From a virus (taxonomy: Duplodnaviria; Caudoviricetes): 30,140 bases of DNA. How positions within the stretch are numbered: position 1 is the first letter of the stretch; each line of letters opens with the position of its first letter. The DNA lies in IMG/VR virus record IMGVR_UViG_3300017784_003829, positions 1 through 30,140 of that record; one strand, given 5' to 3'. The translations under genes were made by a program, and so were the position numbers. Positions 15,822 to 25,099 of this stretch are shown in pieces. A model generated the notes under the pieces. It was not told the origin of the DNA, made no database searches, and saw only the letters and a program-made list of their open reading frames with translations.

Positions 15822-17392
15822 TTTTTTTTTTCAAACTCAACTTCATCACCTACAGATGCACCTTCTGCAACATAAGTTAAACTATTGATTTTGTTCTTAA
15901 CATCATAGTAAGAATTTTTAACAGTAGCGATTTCTTCATCAATTGCTTCAACTAAAGATTTAACTTCATCAGACTCACGAATTGCTTCGTCAGCGATAGA
16001 AGTTAATTGATTTCTTTTGCTTTCAAGATATTCAATTGCTTCAAAAATTTCAGATTGTTTAGTCTTAAGTTCTTTAAGTTCTTTTTCTTCAACTTTCAAG
16101 AAGTCAGTATAAGCATTTCCTAAATCATATTTAGCAAATTCTAATACTAGGTTACGACTTTGTGTTGCGTTACAATCAGAATAGAATTTTTCTTCATTCA
16201 TAATTGCATCAACTGTATTGATAAATGTTTTTTCATTCAGTTTGAAAACATCAGCTCTACGAGAAGGAATTCCTTTAGGGAATAACGATTTAACAAAGTC
16301 AAGTTCAAAAATAGAATCCCAGCTTTCAACGATTGTGTTAACCGCAGAGATTACATCTTTTTCTTCAAAACGGAAGATACCTGAATTTAAGTAAACAGTA
16401 TGGAATTCGTTAAGTGTAACTTTTTTGTTGTTAATGAAGATTCCTAATCCGTCAGCTTCTTCAATAAGTTCAACTTTTTTGTCTTTGCTAAAGATTTTCA
16501 TTTTGTTCTCAGAAATCTCAACGTTAGGTTGAGTTAAGTATCTAGAGATAAATGTAAATGAAGCAGGCAATGCTTTGATTTCGTTTTCATCTAAAGGACG
16601 AATGTTAGATCCTGTCTTAGCGTAAGCTTTACCGTGTACTGCAAAAATCTCAGAATTTTCTTGAACGATAATTGGAGAATAGATTTTACCAATGAAAGCA
16701 TCGTTGCTACCAGCTTTTAATTGGAAGTTTCTGTCAGACTCAAGAACAACATTATATAAGTTTTTGATATTAACATCATAAACATATTTGTTAAGAGATT
16801 CTAAAAGAGCTGTACGGTTTGCAGCAGTTCTGTAGTTTAAGTAGTTTTCAACAACTTTCTCAACTCCAGAATAAACAAAATTAGAACGAGAATTTTTAGC
16901 AGCGTCTACAGCTTTGTAGATTTTGATGTCCTCTTCATATTTTTTGAAGTTAGTTTCTAATACTGCTAAGTTTTCTTTAACTGTAGGATCCCATTTGTAC
17001 GGATCAAGTACACTAATAACATTTTCAATAACTGCCCACTCAGGTGCGTTATTAAATGCTTTTAATTTTTCAACAACATACTTAAATGTTGCGTGTTTAG
17101 CAACTTCTGATTCATCAAGTGATCCTAGTGCTTTTTTAACACCTAGGTTATTCATACCGTGTAATCTTTTCTCAATCGTTAAGAAATTCGACACTTCTGA
17201 TTCTTGAATACCATCTAACTTTGAAATGATAGATTCTGCAATAGCTGCATCAACTTGTTCACCAGCAACAGCAGTTAGGTTAAAGGTTGCGTACTCACTG
17301 AATTGCTTTAATGCTTCGTTGCATATATCTTTCGCCTCAAGTGAATTTGTCAAGGAAACTAATCCTTCAATTCTTTGTTTCAAATTTGACAT
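15815..17392 (-). CDS. Putative virion head/core structural protein, coiled-coil C-terminus, ending at a slippery A-run
   Basis: Preceded by GATATATAA. Many (I/L/V)xE-(S/G/N) motifs (IAES, IQES, LDES, LLES, VLES, IVES, IRES, VAEG) like T4 gp21 protease sites. The function is inference. Confidence 0.6.
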   Translation of the reverse strand: MSNLKQRIEGLVSLTNSLEAKDICNEALKQFSEYATFNLTAVAGEQVDAAIAESIISKLDGIQESEVSNFLTIEKRLHGMNNLGVKKALGSLDESEVAKHATFKYVVEKLKAFNNAPEWAVIENVISVLDPYKWDPTVKENLAVLETNFKKYEEDIKIYKAVDAAKNSRSNFVYSGVEKVVENYLNYRTAANRTALLESLNKYVYDVNIKNLYNVVLESDRNFQLKAGSNDAFIGKIYSPIIVQENSEIFAVHGKAYAKTGSNIRPLDENEIKALPASFTFISRYLTQPNVEISENKMKIFSKDKKVELIEEADGLGIFINNKKVTLNEFHTVYLNSGIFRFEEKDVISAVNTIVESWDSIFELDFVKSLFPKGIPSRRADVFKLNEKTFINTVDAIMNEEKFYSDCNATQSRNLVLEFAKYDLGNAYTDFLKVEEKELKELKTKQSEIFEAIEYLESKRNQLTSIADEAIRESDEVKSLVEAIDEEIATVKNSYYDVKNKINSLTYVAEGASVGDEVEFEKKKQ

Positions 17393-17415
17393 CTTATGGA
17401 AATTTTTTTCTTATT

Positions 17416-17424
17416 TTATATATC
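17416..17424 (-). promoter_or_regulatory. Putative late promoter GATATATAA
   Basis: 23 nt upstream of ATG 17392, in a short intergenic gap. Confidence 0.65.
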
Positions 17425-17446
17425 CTATTCTTAATTAAGATTTTTA

Positions 17447-18997
17447 TCACTGTAGATAAATCTTACCCGTTGTGATTGATGTATTTAGAGTGCCATTAGA
17501 GACCTGCATATTTACAGATTTATTTATCCCTAATGTATTTGTGATAATGTCAATAGAAGTGATTAAAGTACCATTAACGATACCTGCACCAAATAACTCC
17601 AGACCTGTTGTTAAACCTTGCCCCATTAATTCAGATACTGATGGATTTAAGTTTGTTATAATCAGACCATCATCAACAGTATTATCAACATCAGCAGTAA
17701 AAACTAATTCTTGGTCAAGAACTAAATAAATACTTTCTGAGTTTGCGTCTTGTATCTTTAATTCAATTTCGTTAAGCGGAGTTGGGTAATATCCGCTTCC
17801 TGCTGATAAGACTGACGTTTCATATATCTCACCAGAATTTTTAACACTTAATGATATCTCAGGTTCAGTATAGCCTTCAGGTAATACAAATGGCTTAGGA
17901 AAAAGTTCAACTCTAATATGATCAGTGTTTGTGTAAACGAATCCTGACGCAAGTATCACAATTGAGTCAACGCCACCTGTGTCATTAACAATTGGTCTAA
18001 GTTTTGCGCCTTTACCCGCAGCAGAAACTGCATAAGCTCTTTGTGATTCATTTGGTATTTCGTCACCAGTTATTGTCAAGAAAGGAATTTCCCAATTATA
18101 ATAACCGTTATTAGTTAAGTTCATTGCGATAGGAATCCAGTCGTCAGATCCTATAACTCGATAGTAAAGATTAACTCTTAAGATAGGTCCTGTGTTTGTC
18201 CAAGTTATCGGCAATACACCACCGCTAAAATACTTTTCACGAGAAACTGGTGATAAGAAATTGAAACGAGGATCTGCGTATGTCTCAGGCCATGATTCTT
18301 GTAATGCTCCTGCGTTACCTCCTAAGTTCATTCTATTTGAATTACTTCTTTCAGATGTATGATCAGTTACAGGATAGTATGTCTCAAGTTCTAAATCAAA
18401 TGTTACTTTAGTTCGAGCGTTTGCTTGATACGTATAATCAAAAGTTCGTTCAACACCATAATCATCAGAGAACCCAACTTGACAAGGAACTCGGAAACCT
18501 CTAAAGTTAACAGAGAATACCTGTGTCTTATAGAATGTTTCCATTATTGCTTGTTCAATTTTGAACGCATCTAGGTTAGTGTCAGTTTCAATCTCAACAC
18601 TAAATTGCATTGTGATTGGCAATGAATTAATGAAAGCGTTAAATTGCTGTAGCTGTCCATTTACTTCTTTAACATAAGTACCGCGAACAAAACGATGGGT
18701 TAACTTACCTGTGTCAATTGATTTGCTTGACATTGTTACAACACCACGAGGGATAACATCATAGTTACCGTCTGCATGTTTAGGATTTATACAGTCATTC
18801 CATTGAAGGAAATAATCTTGCATGAATCTTTCATCACCACCTTGATTATAGAAAAATGGAACATACACAATATCAATTGATGTATCTGATAAAATGTTTT
18901 CAAACATTACTTTGCCATTTAACAAATTTACCAGTCCTACAATTACTGCTCGCGAATGAACATTATCCGTGTTGTATTTATGTAAAAATTCTCCCAT
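17447..18997 (-). CDS. Tail sheath stabiliser/tail terminator (gp15-like N-terminal domain) with C-terminal beta-rich extensions
   Basis: N-terminal ~215 aa: VPFFY..G.ERF...IPRGVV...SLPITMQFSVEI..D...DAFKIEQAIMETFY...VTFDLELETYYP, a gp15-like pattern. Followed by an Ig-like segment ITWTNTG...VNLYY...W..IA...NNGYYNWEIP and GSGY-type repeats. Confidence 0.7.
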   Translation of the reverse strand: MGEFLHKYNTDNVHSRAVIVGLVNLLNGKVMFENILSDTSIDIVYVPFFYNQGGDERFMQDYFLQWNDCINPKHADGNYDVIPRGVVTMSSKSIDTGKLTHRFVRGTYVKEVNGQLQQFNAFINSLPITMQFSVEIETDTNLDAFKIEQAIMETFYKTQVFSVNFRGFRVPCQVGFSDDYGVERTFDYTYQANARTKVTFDLELETYYPVTDHTSERSNSNRMNLGGNAGALQESWPETYADPRFNFLSPVSREKYFSGGVLPITWTNTGPILRVNLYYRVIGSDDWIPIAMNLTNNGYYNWEIPFLTITGDEIPNESQRAYAVSAAGKGAKLRPIVNDTGGVDSIVILASGFVYTNTDHIRVELFPKPFVLPEGYTEPEISLSVKNSGEIYETSVLSAGSGYYPTPLNEIELKIQDANSESIYLVLDQELVFTADVDNTVDDGLIITNLNPSVSELMGQGLTTGLELFGAGIVNGTLITSIDIITNTLGINKSVNMQVSNGTLNTSITTGKIYLQ

Positions 18998-19000
18998 GAT

Positions 19001-19009
19001 TTATATATC
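19001..19009 (-). promoter_or_regulatory. Putative late promoter GATATATAA only 3 nt from the start codon
   Basis: Minus strand T-GATATATAA-ATC-ATG, overlapping the TGA stop of gp46. Confidence 0.6.
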
Positions 19010-20690
19010 ACTCAATTTTATCTATACGAAGATTAGAGAACCCGTTATTTTTTCCAATCTCAACTCGGTAGTCAAATATTTCAGTAGGTAACTGACTGTG
19101 GTTAATTACGAATATGTTTACATTTAATTCTCTACAAGAATTTGAAAGTACTTTTAAGATATGATAAATTCCATCGCTATCAATAGATGAAAAGATTTCA
19201 TCAAGGAAGATAAGGTTAACACCTGGGAATTTCATTTTCATTAAACGAATCAATGCAATAAGAACTGCAAAGTCAACTTTCTTTCTCTCACCTGTACTTA
19301 ATTGTTCAGCTGTTACTAAAAATCCTAGTGTTTGTATTTCAGCTTCAAATTCTTCATTAAATGTTACACGATATTCCATGTTAAGATCATGAAGTACTTT
19401 CTTAATCTCTGCATTTAAGATCGGTAATATTTTACGAATAGCTTCTAACTTAATACCTTTATCACCAAAGATTTCTTCAACGATTTTATAGAAGTTTGCT
19501 TTTTTATCTTCAAGATCTTTTCTTTGTGAAGCTGCTTTCTTTTTATCAACTGAATCAGTAATGATATTTTGTAAACTTTGAGTTTGCATATCACTATCAG
19601 TACTTTCAATATTATTAAGACTGCTTATATCATCATTAACAATTTTAAGTTGAGCGTCAGCTGTAAACTTTTTTGTATTAAGATCATCGTATAACTTTTT
19701 AAGGTCAGTTCGTTTTTCCTTAATCAGTGTTTGTTGTTCTTTAACATTATTAATTTCAGATTGAGCTGATTCATTACTTTTAAGATATTCATCTAATAAA
19801 TGTTTGTGATAATCAGTTGTTAAGTCAGACTCACAAGTTGGGCATTTACCTTTCTCAAATAAGTTAATCTTTTCAGTACGGTGACGACATTCTAACTGAA
19901 TACTTGAAAACGTTTTATTCCAAGAGTCAAGTGAGTCACTAAGATCTTTATCCCTATCTTGAATCTTTTTTAAGTTATCTTTTGCTTTTATTAAAAATGC
20001 GGTTATCTTATCAAGCCTTTCAGATAATAATACTTTTCTTTCTTCACCGGCAACTTTTAACTTTTCGTTTAAAGAATCAAGTTCTTGGTTTGATTTTAAG
20101 ATAGATTGTTCAAGTACTGAAATTTCTGTTAAGATGTTATCCGATTGCTCTTTAAGCATTTTAATTTGATACTTAACTTTCCATTTAATTGCACCAATGA
20201 TTTCTAAACCAAATAGCCTATCAATGATCATTCGTTTATCGTGTACTTTCATACTCAAGAAACTTTTAAAGTCATTGATAGAAAGACTTATCATATTATT
20301 GAAAACATAATAAGGAATTCCAAGAATTTCATCTTCAAGGAATTCCTGCATATTTTTCTTTCCTGCTTGGTCGTAAGCAACTCCATTAACAAACAAGTTA
20401 AAGATTCCTGGAGCGATACCTCTTTCAATAGTAACGATCGTTGTTGGATTCTTTTCAAGAACAATTTTAACGTAAGCAGCTTTATTAAACCTATTTGGAA
20501 TATCTCTTAATGGTTTGTTATCAAGTTTGCCATACAGACCAAATTTGATAACATCGGATACCGTACTTTTACCTGCGCCGTTTGAACCTACAACAAGATA
20601 AAAGTTTCCTTGTTGGTCATCAAACACAATCTTTTGCAAGTTGTTTCCGTATGATCCCATATTTCTAAATTCAACACTACGTATTTTCAT
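19008..20690 (-). CDS. gp46: Recombination endonuclease ATPase subunit (gp46 / Rad50 / SbcC-like)
   Basis: Likely start MKIRSVEFRN (ATG 20690). Walker A GSNGAGKST, coiled coils, zinc hook CPTC, signature LSTGE, Walker B LIFLDEIFSSID, H-loop INH. Confidence 0.95.
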   Translation of the reverse strand: MKIRSVEFRNMGSYGNNLQKIVFDDQQGNFYLVVGSNGAGKSTVSDVIKFGLYGKLDNKPLRDIPNRFNKAAYVKIVLEKNPTTIVTIERGIAPGIFNLFVNGVAYDQAGKKNMQEFLEDEILGIPYYVFNNMISLSINDFKSFLSMKVHDKRMIIDRLFGLEIIGAIKWKVKYQIKMLKEQSDNILTEISVLEQSILKSNQELDSLNEKLKVAGEERKVLLSERLDKITAFLIKAKDNLKKIQDRDKDLSDSLDSWNKTFSSIQLECRHRTEKINLFEKGKCPTCESDLTTDYHKHLLDEYLKSNESAQSEINNVKEQQTLIKEKRTDLKKLYDDLNTKKFTADAQLKIVNDDISSLNNIESTDSDMQTQSLQNIITDSVDKKKAASQRKDLEDKKANFYKIVEEIFGDKGIKLEAIRKILPILNAEIKKVLHDLNMEYRVTFNEEFEAEIQTLGFLVTAEQLSTGERKKVDFAVLIALIRLMKMKFPGVNLIFLDEIFSSIDSDGIYHILKVLSNSCRELNVNIFVINHSQLPTEIFDYRVEIGKNNGFSNLRIDKIE

Positions 20691-21792
20691 AAGATCGTTT
20701 TTCTTCCATTTCTTTTGAAGCTTCGTGATACATACGAACACTAACTTCTTTAAGCTTTGATTTGATTTGGTCAGTGTACGCTAATCGGTCAACGTAGTTT
20801 TCAATCATTTTAATTAAACTGATTTCCTCACCTATCGCACTATCATATTGTTCCTCACCATCATCAGTCGCGTCTTCGGATATAATGATGTGATTAATTC
20901 TACGGTAACCTGAAAAGTTTTCAATGAATTGACCAAAAGGAAATTTCAATGACCACTGTGGAGTTATTAAGATATCAACGAAGTTGTTTTTGAACAGCTG
21001 TTGTAATTCATCAATGCTACGTTCAAGAATCCATTCTAATCGGTATCTTAAAAATTTAGGGGATACAGTATTTTCCCAACATCTTTCCTCATCAGTTTCT
21101 AAATCGAGCATCCAGATTGATTTTGGATTTCCACTATCAGAACGTGTTAACTCATAAGGAGTCCCTAACATTCTAACGTTTTTATACTTTTGAGCAAAAT
21201 GTATATGTCCAGAATAAACTCGATGATATCCGTTGAAACATTCAATTTCTGTACCTTCTTCAACTTTTACATAACGGTTAAAAGCAATACCTTTAACATC
21301 GCTATGGCAAAACATTACATCAGCAGAATTAGCAGGGTCTTGAATTATCTCACGAAAATCTCCATGTTCCTCAACCCACGGTAAGAAGAATAATTTCTTT
21401 CCCGTTTCAATTGACTCCATCATTTGTGGACTTTCAAAAACATGAAGATTAGGTACATGTTTAAAAAGTTTCATTGAGTTAATTTCATTGGAGTACTTCA
21501 TGAAAATGTCATGATTACCAATGATTGAATATACAGGTAAGATTTGTGACAGTTCTTCCATCAGGTCTAAACCTTTATTCATCACATACAAATTAATCGA
21601 CTGTCGTGAGTCAAATGTGTCACCACAATGCACTAAAATGTCACCGGGACGGAACTCAGATTTGAGAAGAGGAAATAATTGTTCTTTAAAGAAGTTTTCA
21701 ATTATGTCCATCCACTCACGTGAATTAGAACGGACACCAAAATGAGTGTCCGTTATCATCCATACTCTTCTTACATGCTGTTGTATAATCAT
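20677..21792 (-). CDS. gp47: Recombination endonuclease nuclease subunit (gp47 / Mre11 / SbcD-like)
   Basis: Likely start ATG 21792 (MIIQQH). Metallophosphoesterase motifs TDTHFG, GDTFD, GNHD, FCH, SGHIH. Confidence 0.95.
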   Translation of the reverse strand: MIIQQHVRRVWMITDTHFGVRSNSREWMDIIENFFKEQLFPLLKSEFRPGDILVHCGDTFDSRQSINLYVMNKGLDLMEELSQILPVYSIIGNHDIFMKYSNEINSMKLFKHVPNLHVFESPQMMESIETGKKLFFLPWVEEHGDFREIIQDPANSADVMFCHSDVKGIAFNRYVKVEEGTEIECFNGYHRVYSGHIHFAQKYKNVRMLGTPYELTRSDSGNPKSIWMLDLETDEERCWENTVSPKFLRYRLEWILERSIDELQQLFKNNFVDILITPQWSLKFPFGQFIENFSGYRRINHIIISEDATDDGEEQYDSAIGEEISLIKMIENYVDRLAYTDQIKSKLKEVSVRMYHEASKEMEEKRSYENT

Positions 21793-21793
21793 A

Positions 21794-22222
21794 TTAAAAC
21801 AGTCTTTTAATTTTTCTTTTCTTAAAGATCCCGTACTTGTTGTCAAGTTCTTTAATTATTTTTTCTTTATACGATGGTCCTAATTCTCGGTAGAGATCAT
21901 CATATGAAATACTCATGAATTCTGCAACATTAATAAATTTCTCAATTATTGTTACTTCATTTGTTTCTGGTATTCTTTCATCAAAGTAATAGTAAAGATT
22001 TGCGATTTCACCTTTAGGAACTTTCTTATTCTTAGAGTATTCTTCGTAGTACTTTGATTCTTTAAATATTGTATAGATGTCTTTTTGGATTTGCTTTTCA
22101 CTATAATCTTCAAACATATCATCAGACGTAGCAAAATCTGGGTTAATGTTTATTTTACCAAAGACTTCATATTCAACTTCTCCAGAATTAAACTTATTAT
22201 TAAAAATTTTATCTTCTTTCAT
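21794..22222 (-). CDS. Hypothetical protein (142 aa)
   Basis: Tightly coupled to the helicase (TAATG overlap) and to gp47. No motif recognised. Confidence 0.75.
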   Translation of the reverse strand: MKEDKIFNNKFNSGEVEYEVFGKININPDFATSDDMFEDYSEKQIQKDIYTIFKESKYYEEYSKNKKVPKGEIANLYYYFDERIPETNEVTIIEKFINVAEFMSISYDDLYRELGPSYKEKIIKELDNKYGIFKKRKIKRLF

Positions 22223-23523
22223 TAGTCATTTATTATTTGTGAATCTGCGTCTTCAATGATTCTCATTAGATCATAATTAATCAGAAACTTTTTTCGTGAA
22301 TTTTTATAGCCATCATCTCGGTTAGCAATTAGCTTTAAGATATATTCCCGATTTGCGTGCATCATCTCATCTTGTATAATACCAAACATAGCATCAACTG
22401 TATGGCCTAATGCAGCAGATTCAGATATGTTTGTTGCGTTTAAGTCGGTACTACCGAAACCACTTCGGTTAACCTGAGTTGCTGTTACGATACACCATTC
22501 ATTTCTCATTGCCATTGCTCGTAAGTCTTCTGCAATTTGTTTAATCTTCATGTATGTATTTTCAGAATTGGGATTTCTCCAGTTTTTCAAAATGTTAATG
22601 TAGTCAAGAACGATAACCTTAAATTTAATACCTTTAAGTTCTTCCATTTTCTTTAACCACATTTCAACATCAGGAACACCTGCGGCAGAGGTAGGGAATT
22701 CTTTTACATAGATTTTACCTGGTACCTGTAAACTATCATAACCAAGATTTGATAATCTTTTCTTTAAGCCAACTTGATCATCAGCAATAGGTCCATATTC
22801 TTTCATAGGAATACCTAAAAGGTTAGCTCCTAAACGTTTTGTTACCTTTCGGTCCCTCATCTCCAATGATATAACTGCTGTGTTATATCCCATCTTAACG
22901 CTGTTTGCAGCAAGGTTGGCAAGCCAGATTGACTTACCAATTTTCATTTCTCCAATAAAACAGAACAATGCTTTTGAGTAGAAACCTCCACCTAATACCA
23001 AGTCAATATATTCATACCCCGAACTGAATGTATCAGTGGAAGGTTGTAAGTGGGATTCAGGGTTAAAGAAGTCAAGACCTTCGTCAAACCCAAACTGAAT
23101 ATTATTACGATCATTGATAATAGCTTTTGCAGTTTGAACTACATTGCTGATATTTTCCTGGTCAATTTTTGTTGTTTTTAAATATGATATTAAATCATAC
23201 ACAGATAGGTCAAGATTTTTATATTCAATCCAGGCATATGCAGATTCTTTCAACCAATCGGCTTCATAACTTTTTAAGTTAGTTTCAAAAATTAAATCTA
23301 ACTTATCAGATGACAGTTCATCGCCCCAGCCTTTTGCCTTTGCATTTTCAACAAGTTGTTGTTTTGTGGGTGAAGATCCATACCGTTCAATAAATTCGGT
23401 TGAGAGCTCATATACTTTTTTCAAATCCTCAGACTCAAAAAAACGTGGCTTAACAATATTTGTTAGCTCGCGTTGTTCCATCAAGTAGTGATAGAATATC
23501 TTTTCTAAATGTGTTGCTATCAT
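22222..23523 (-). CDS. gp41: Replicative DnaB-like helicase (T4 gp41-like)
   Basis: Walker A GEMKIGKS, ISLEM, VKEFPT, IVLDYINIL, IAEDLRAMA, TATQVNR, ISES, TVDAMF. Confidence 0.95.
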   Translation of the reverse strand: MIATHLEKIFYHYLMEQRELTNIVKPRFFESEDLKKVYELSTEFIERYGSSPTKQQLVENAKAKGWGDELSSDKLDLIFETNLKSYEADWLKESAYAWIEYKNLDLSVYDLISYLKTTKIDQENISNVVQTAKAIINDRNNIQFGFDEGLDFFNPESHLQPSTDTFSSGYEYIDLVLGGGFYSKALFCFIGEMKIGKSIWLANLAANSVKMGYNTAVISLEMRDRKVTKRLGANLLGIPMKEYGPIADDQVGLKKRLSNLGYDSLQVPGKIYVKEFPTSAAGVPDVEMWLKKMEELKGIKFKVIVLDYINILKNWRNPNSENTYMKIKQIAEDLRAMAMRNEWCIVTATQVNRSGFGSTDLNATNISESAALGHTVDAMFGIIQDEMMHANREYILKLIANRDDGYKNSRKKFLINYDLMRIIEDADSQIIND

Positions 23524-23555
23524 ATATTATTTTTATACATTAAACTGTAAATAGT

Positions 23556-23858
23556 TTACAGCCAAGAATGTGATGTTACTCGATACGAATTCAAACTTGT
23601 CTTCGTAATTTTAACATCTCGTGAATCAGACTCATCTGCTAATTCTTCTAAAAAATCTCGAGCATCTTGTATGATACCTAAATGTTGTTTCATTATTGGC
23701 CAAACTCTTTCAGCGGTAAAATCTTTTTCAAGTAATTCTTTTTCTTCAAGAGTTGTTATTAAAATGTATTCGAGATCCTGTGGGCTAGGATAGCCGGGAA
23801 GCTCCTGATAAATCTCAAGAGCATATTTCACCGGTAGTTTATTTCTATTAATCCTCAT
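23556..23858 (-). CDS. Hypothetical protein (100 aa)
   Basis: Overlaps the uvsX end, in the position occupied by gene 40 in T4. No sequence motif recognised. Confidence 0.7.
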   Translation of the reverse strand: MRINRNKLPVKYALEIYQELPGYPSPQDLEYILITTLEEKELLEKDFTAERVWPIMKQHLGIIQDARDFLEELADESDSRDVKITKTSLNSYRVTSHSWL

Positions 23859-25098
23859 CTTCGCTATCTAATTCTAATCCATCTACAATCTCACCAAGAT
23901 CGTCAAGTGAACCGATATTAGGTAGCATAAACATTGGCTTAATTACGTTTTCATCAAGGTAAGTCAATACTTCGTGCGTAATAACTTTCTTTGTAAATAA
24001 TTCAGCAGGTGGTACATTAGCAGCTAAATGTTTAACTGCAATTGATCTTGCTGTTGGTTTGTCTTCAAAGTACAATGTTTGTTCAACACCTTTATCGTCA
24101 ACCGCTGTGAATTTTGTTTTGATTCCTTTTTCGTATCCTTCAGTGCCTTCTTTGTAAGCTTTCAAGAAATCTTTTTCTGATAAGATTTTACCTCTTTGAA
24201 TTCCACAAGTTTCCCAATTAATGAATTCCTCGAGACCTACGTAACGGTTCATACCGCGATAGAAACTGATGTGGAATTTAATAGAAAGCGGACGAGCAAA
24301 ACGATTCTTTGCAGGTTTAGATGTAACGATGATTCCCGTTTTCATTGCGAACCCGTTAGATCCTGTTTCGCCTTCTTTCAATCCTGCTTTTGATAATTGT
24401 AAGATAACAGAAGCATTGTAGATTGCTCCACCTCCACCAGATATAGTTTGCCCTGGTATGAATGATCCGATACTTGCGTATGTGTGGTTTGTAAAGATAA
24501 AAGGAATTTTAAACTCAGCAAGATCCGTAGTGATAACTCGGAATAAAGATCTTAAATCTTGTTGCTTTGTCATATCCTTTTTCTCAGATCCACTTGCAGC
24601 ATCAGCTCTTTCTTTTGTTGTAGCCAAGTTACCAAGTGAGTCAAGAATCAACATTAATTTTGGAAGTTCAACTCCTTTTTCTTTTTGCTTACGCAATAGG
24701 TCAGTTAAGTTTGACACAAAGTGACGAACCTCAAGTGAAGTACTTACAGGTTGGTAACGAACAAGATTAGGATCAATTCCAAAGTTTTTCATAATGTCTT
24801 CATCAACCGCAGCTTCAGAATCACAATAGATTATTTGATAACCCATCTTTTGAGCTTCGCGACAAATGTTTAGTGTAAGGAAAGTTTTACCTGTTCCTGA
24901 TTCTCCAGCAAGACAAACAGAACGTGAGTTCGGAATTCCGCCAAATAGAGATCCTGTAAGTTGAGCGTTTAACAGGTAGTTACCTGAGTCAATGTATTCG
25001 TCAATTTTAGAGAATGCGTTCTGTGTGATAATTGACCCCTTAGGATTTACTTTGGATAATTGCGCATCAAGTTCATTAAATGAAAATTGTTTTGCCAT
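23848..25098 (-). CDS. uvsX: RecA-like recombinase (UvsX)
   Basis: Walker A GESGTGKT, DSEAA, Walker B LILDSLGNL, TNHTY, SGGGG, KNRF. Confidence 0.95.
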   Translation of the reverse strand: MAKQFSFNELDAQLSKVNPKGSIITQNAFSKIDEYIDSGNYLLNAQLTGSLFGGIPNSRSVCLAGESGTGKTFLTLNICREAQKMGYQIIYCDSEAAVDEDIMKNFGIDPNLVRYQPVSTSLEVRHFVSNLTDLLRKQKEKGVELPKLMLILDSLGNLATTKERADAASGSEKKDMTKQQDLRSLFRVITTDLAEFKIPFIFTNHTYASIGSFIPGQTISGGGGAIYNASVILQLSKAGLKEGETGSNGFAMKTGIIVTSKPAKNRFARPLSIKFHISFYRGMNRYVGLEEFINWETCGIQRGKILSEKDFLKAYKEGTEGYEKGIKTKFTAVDDKGVEQTLYFEDKPTARSIAVKHLAANVPPAELFTKKVITHEVLTYLDENVIKPMFMLPNIGSLDDLGEIVDGLELDSEDED

Positions 25099-25099
25099 G

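Noticed and set aside
20691-21846. Longer N-termini given by the ORF track for gp46 (20741) and gp47 (21846)
   Set aside because: They overlap upstream genes by about 50 nt or more. ATGs at 20690 and 21792 give family-typical N-termini and tight packing.
23556-23858. Calling the 100-aa ORF gp40 because it lies between uvsX and helicase
   Set aside because: The evidence is positional only, with no recognisable sequence similarity.
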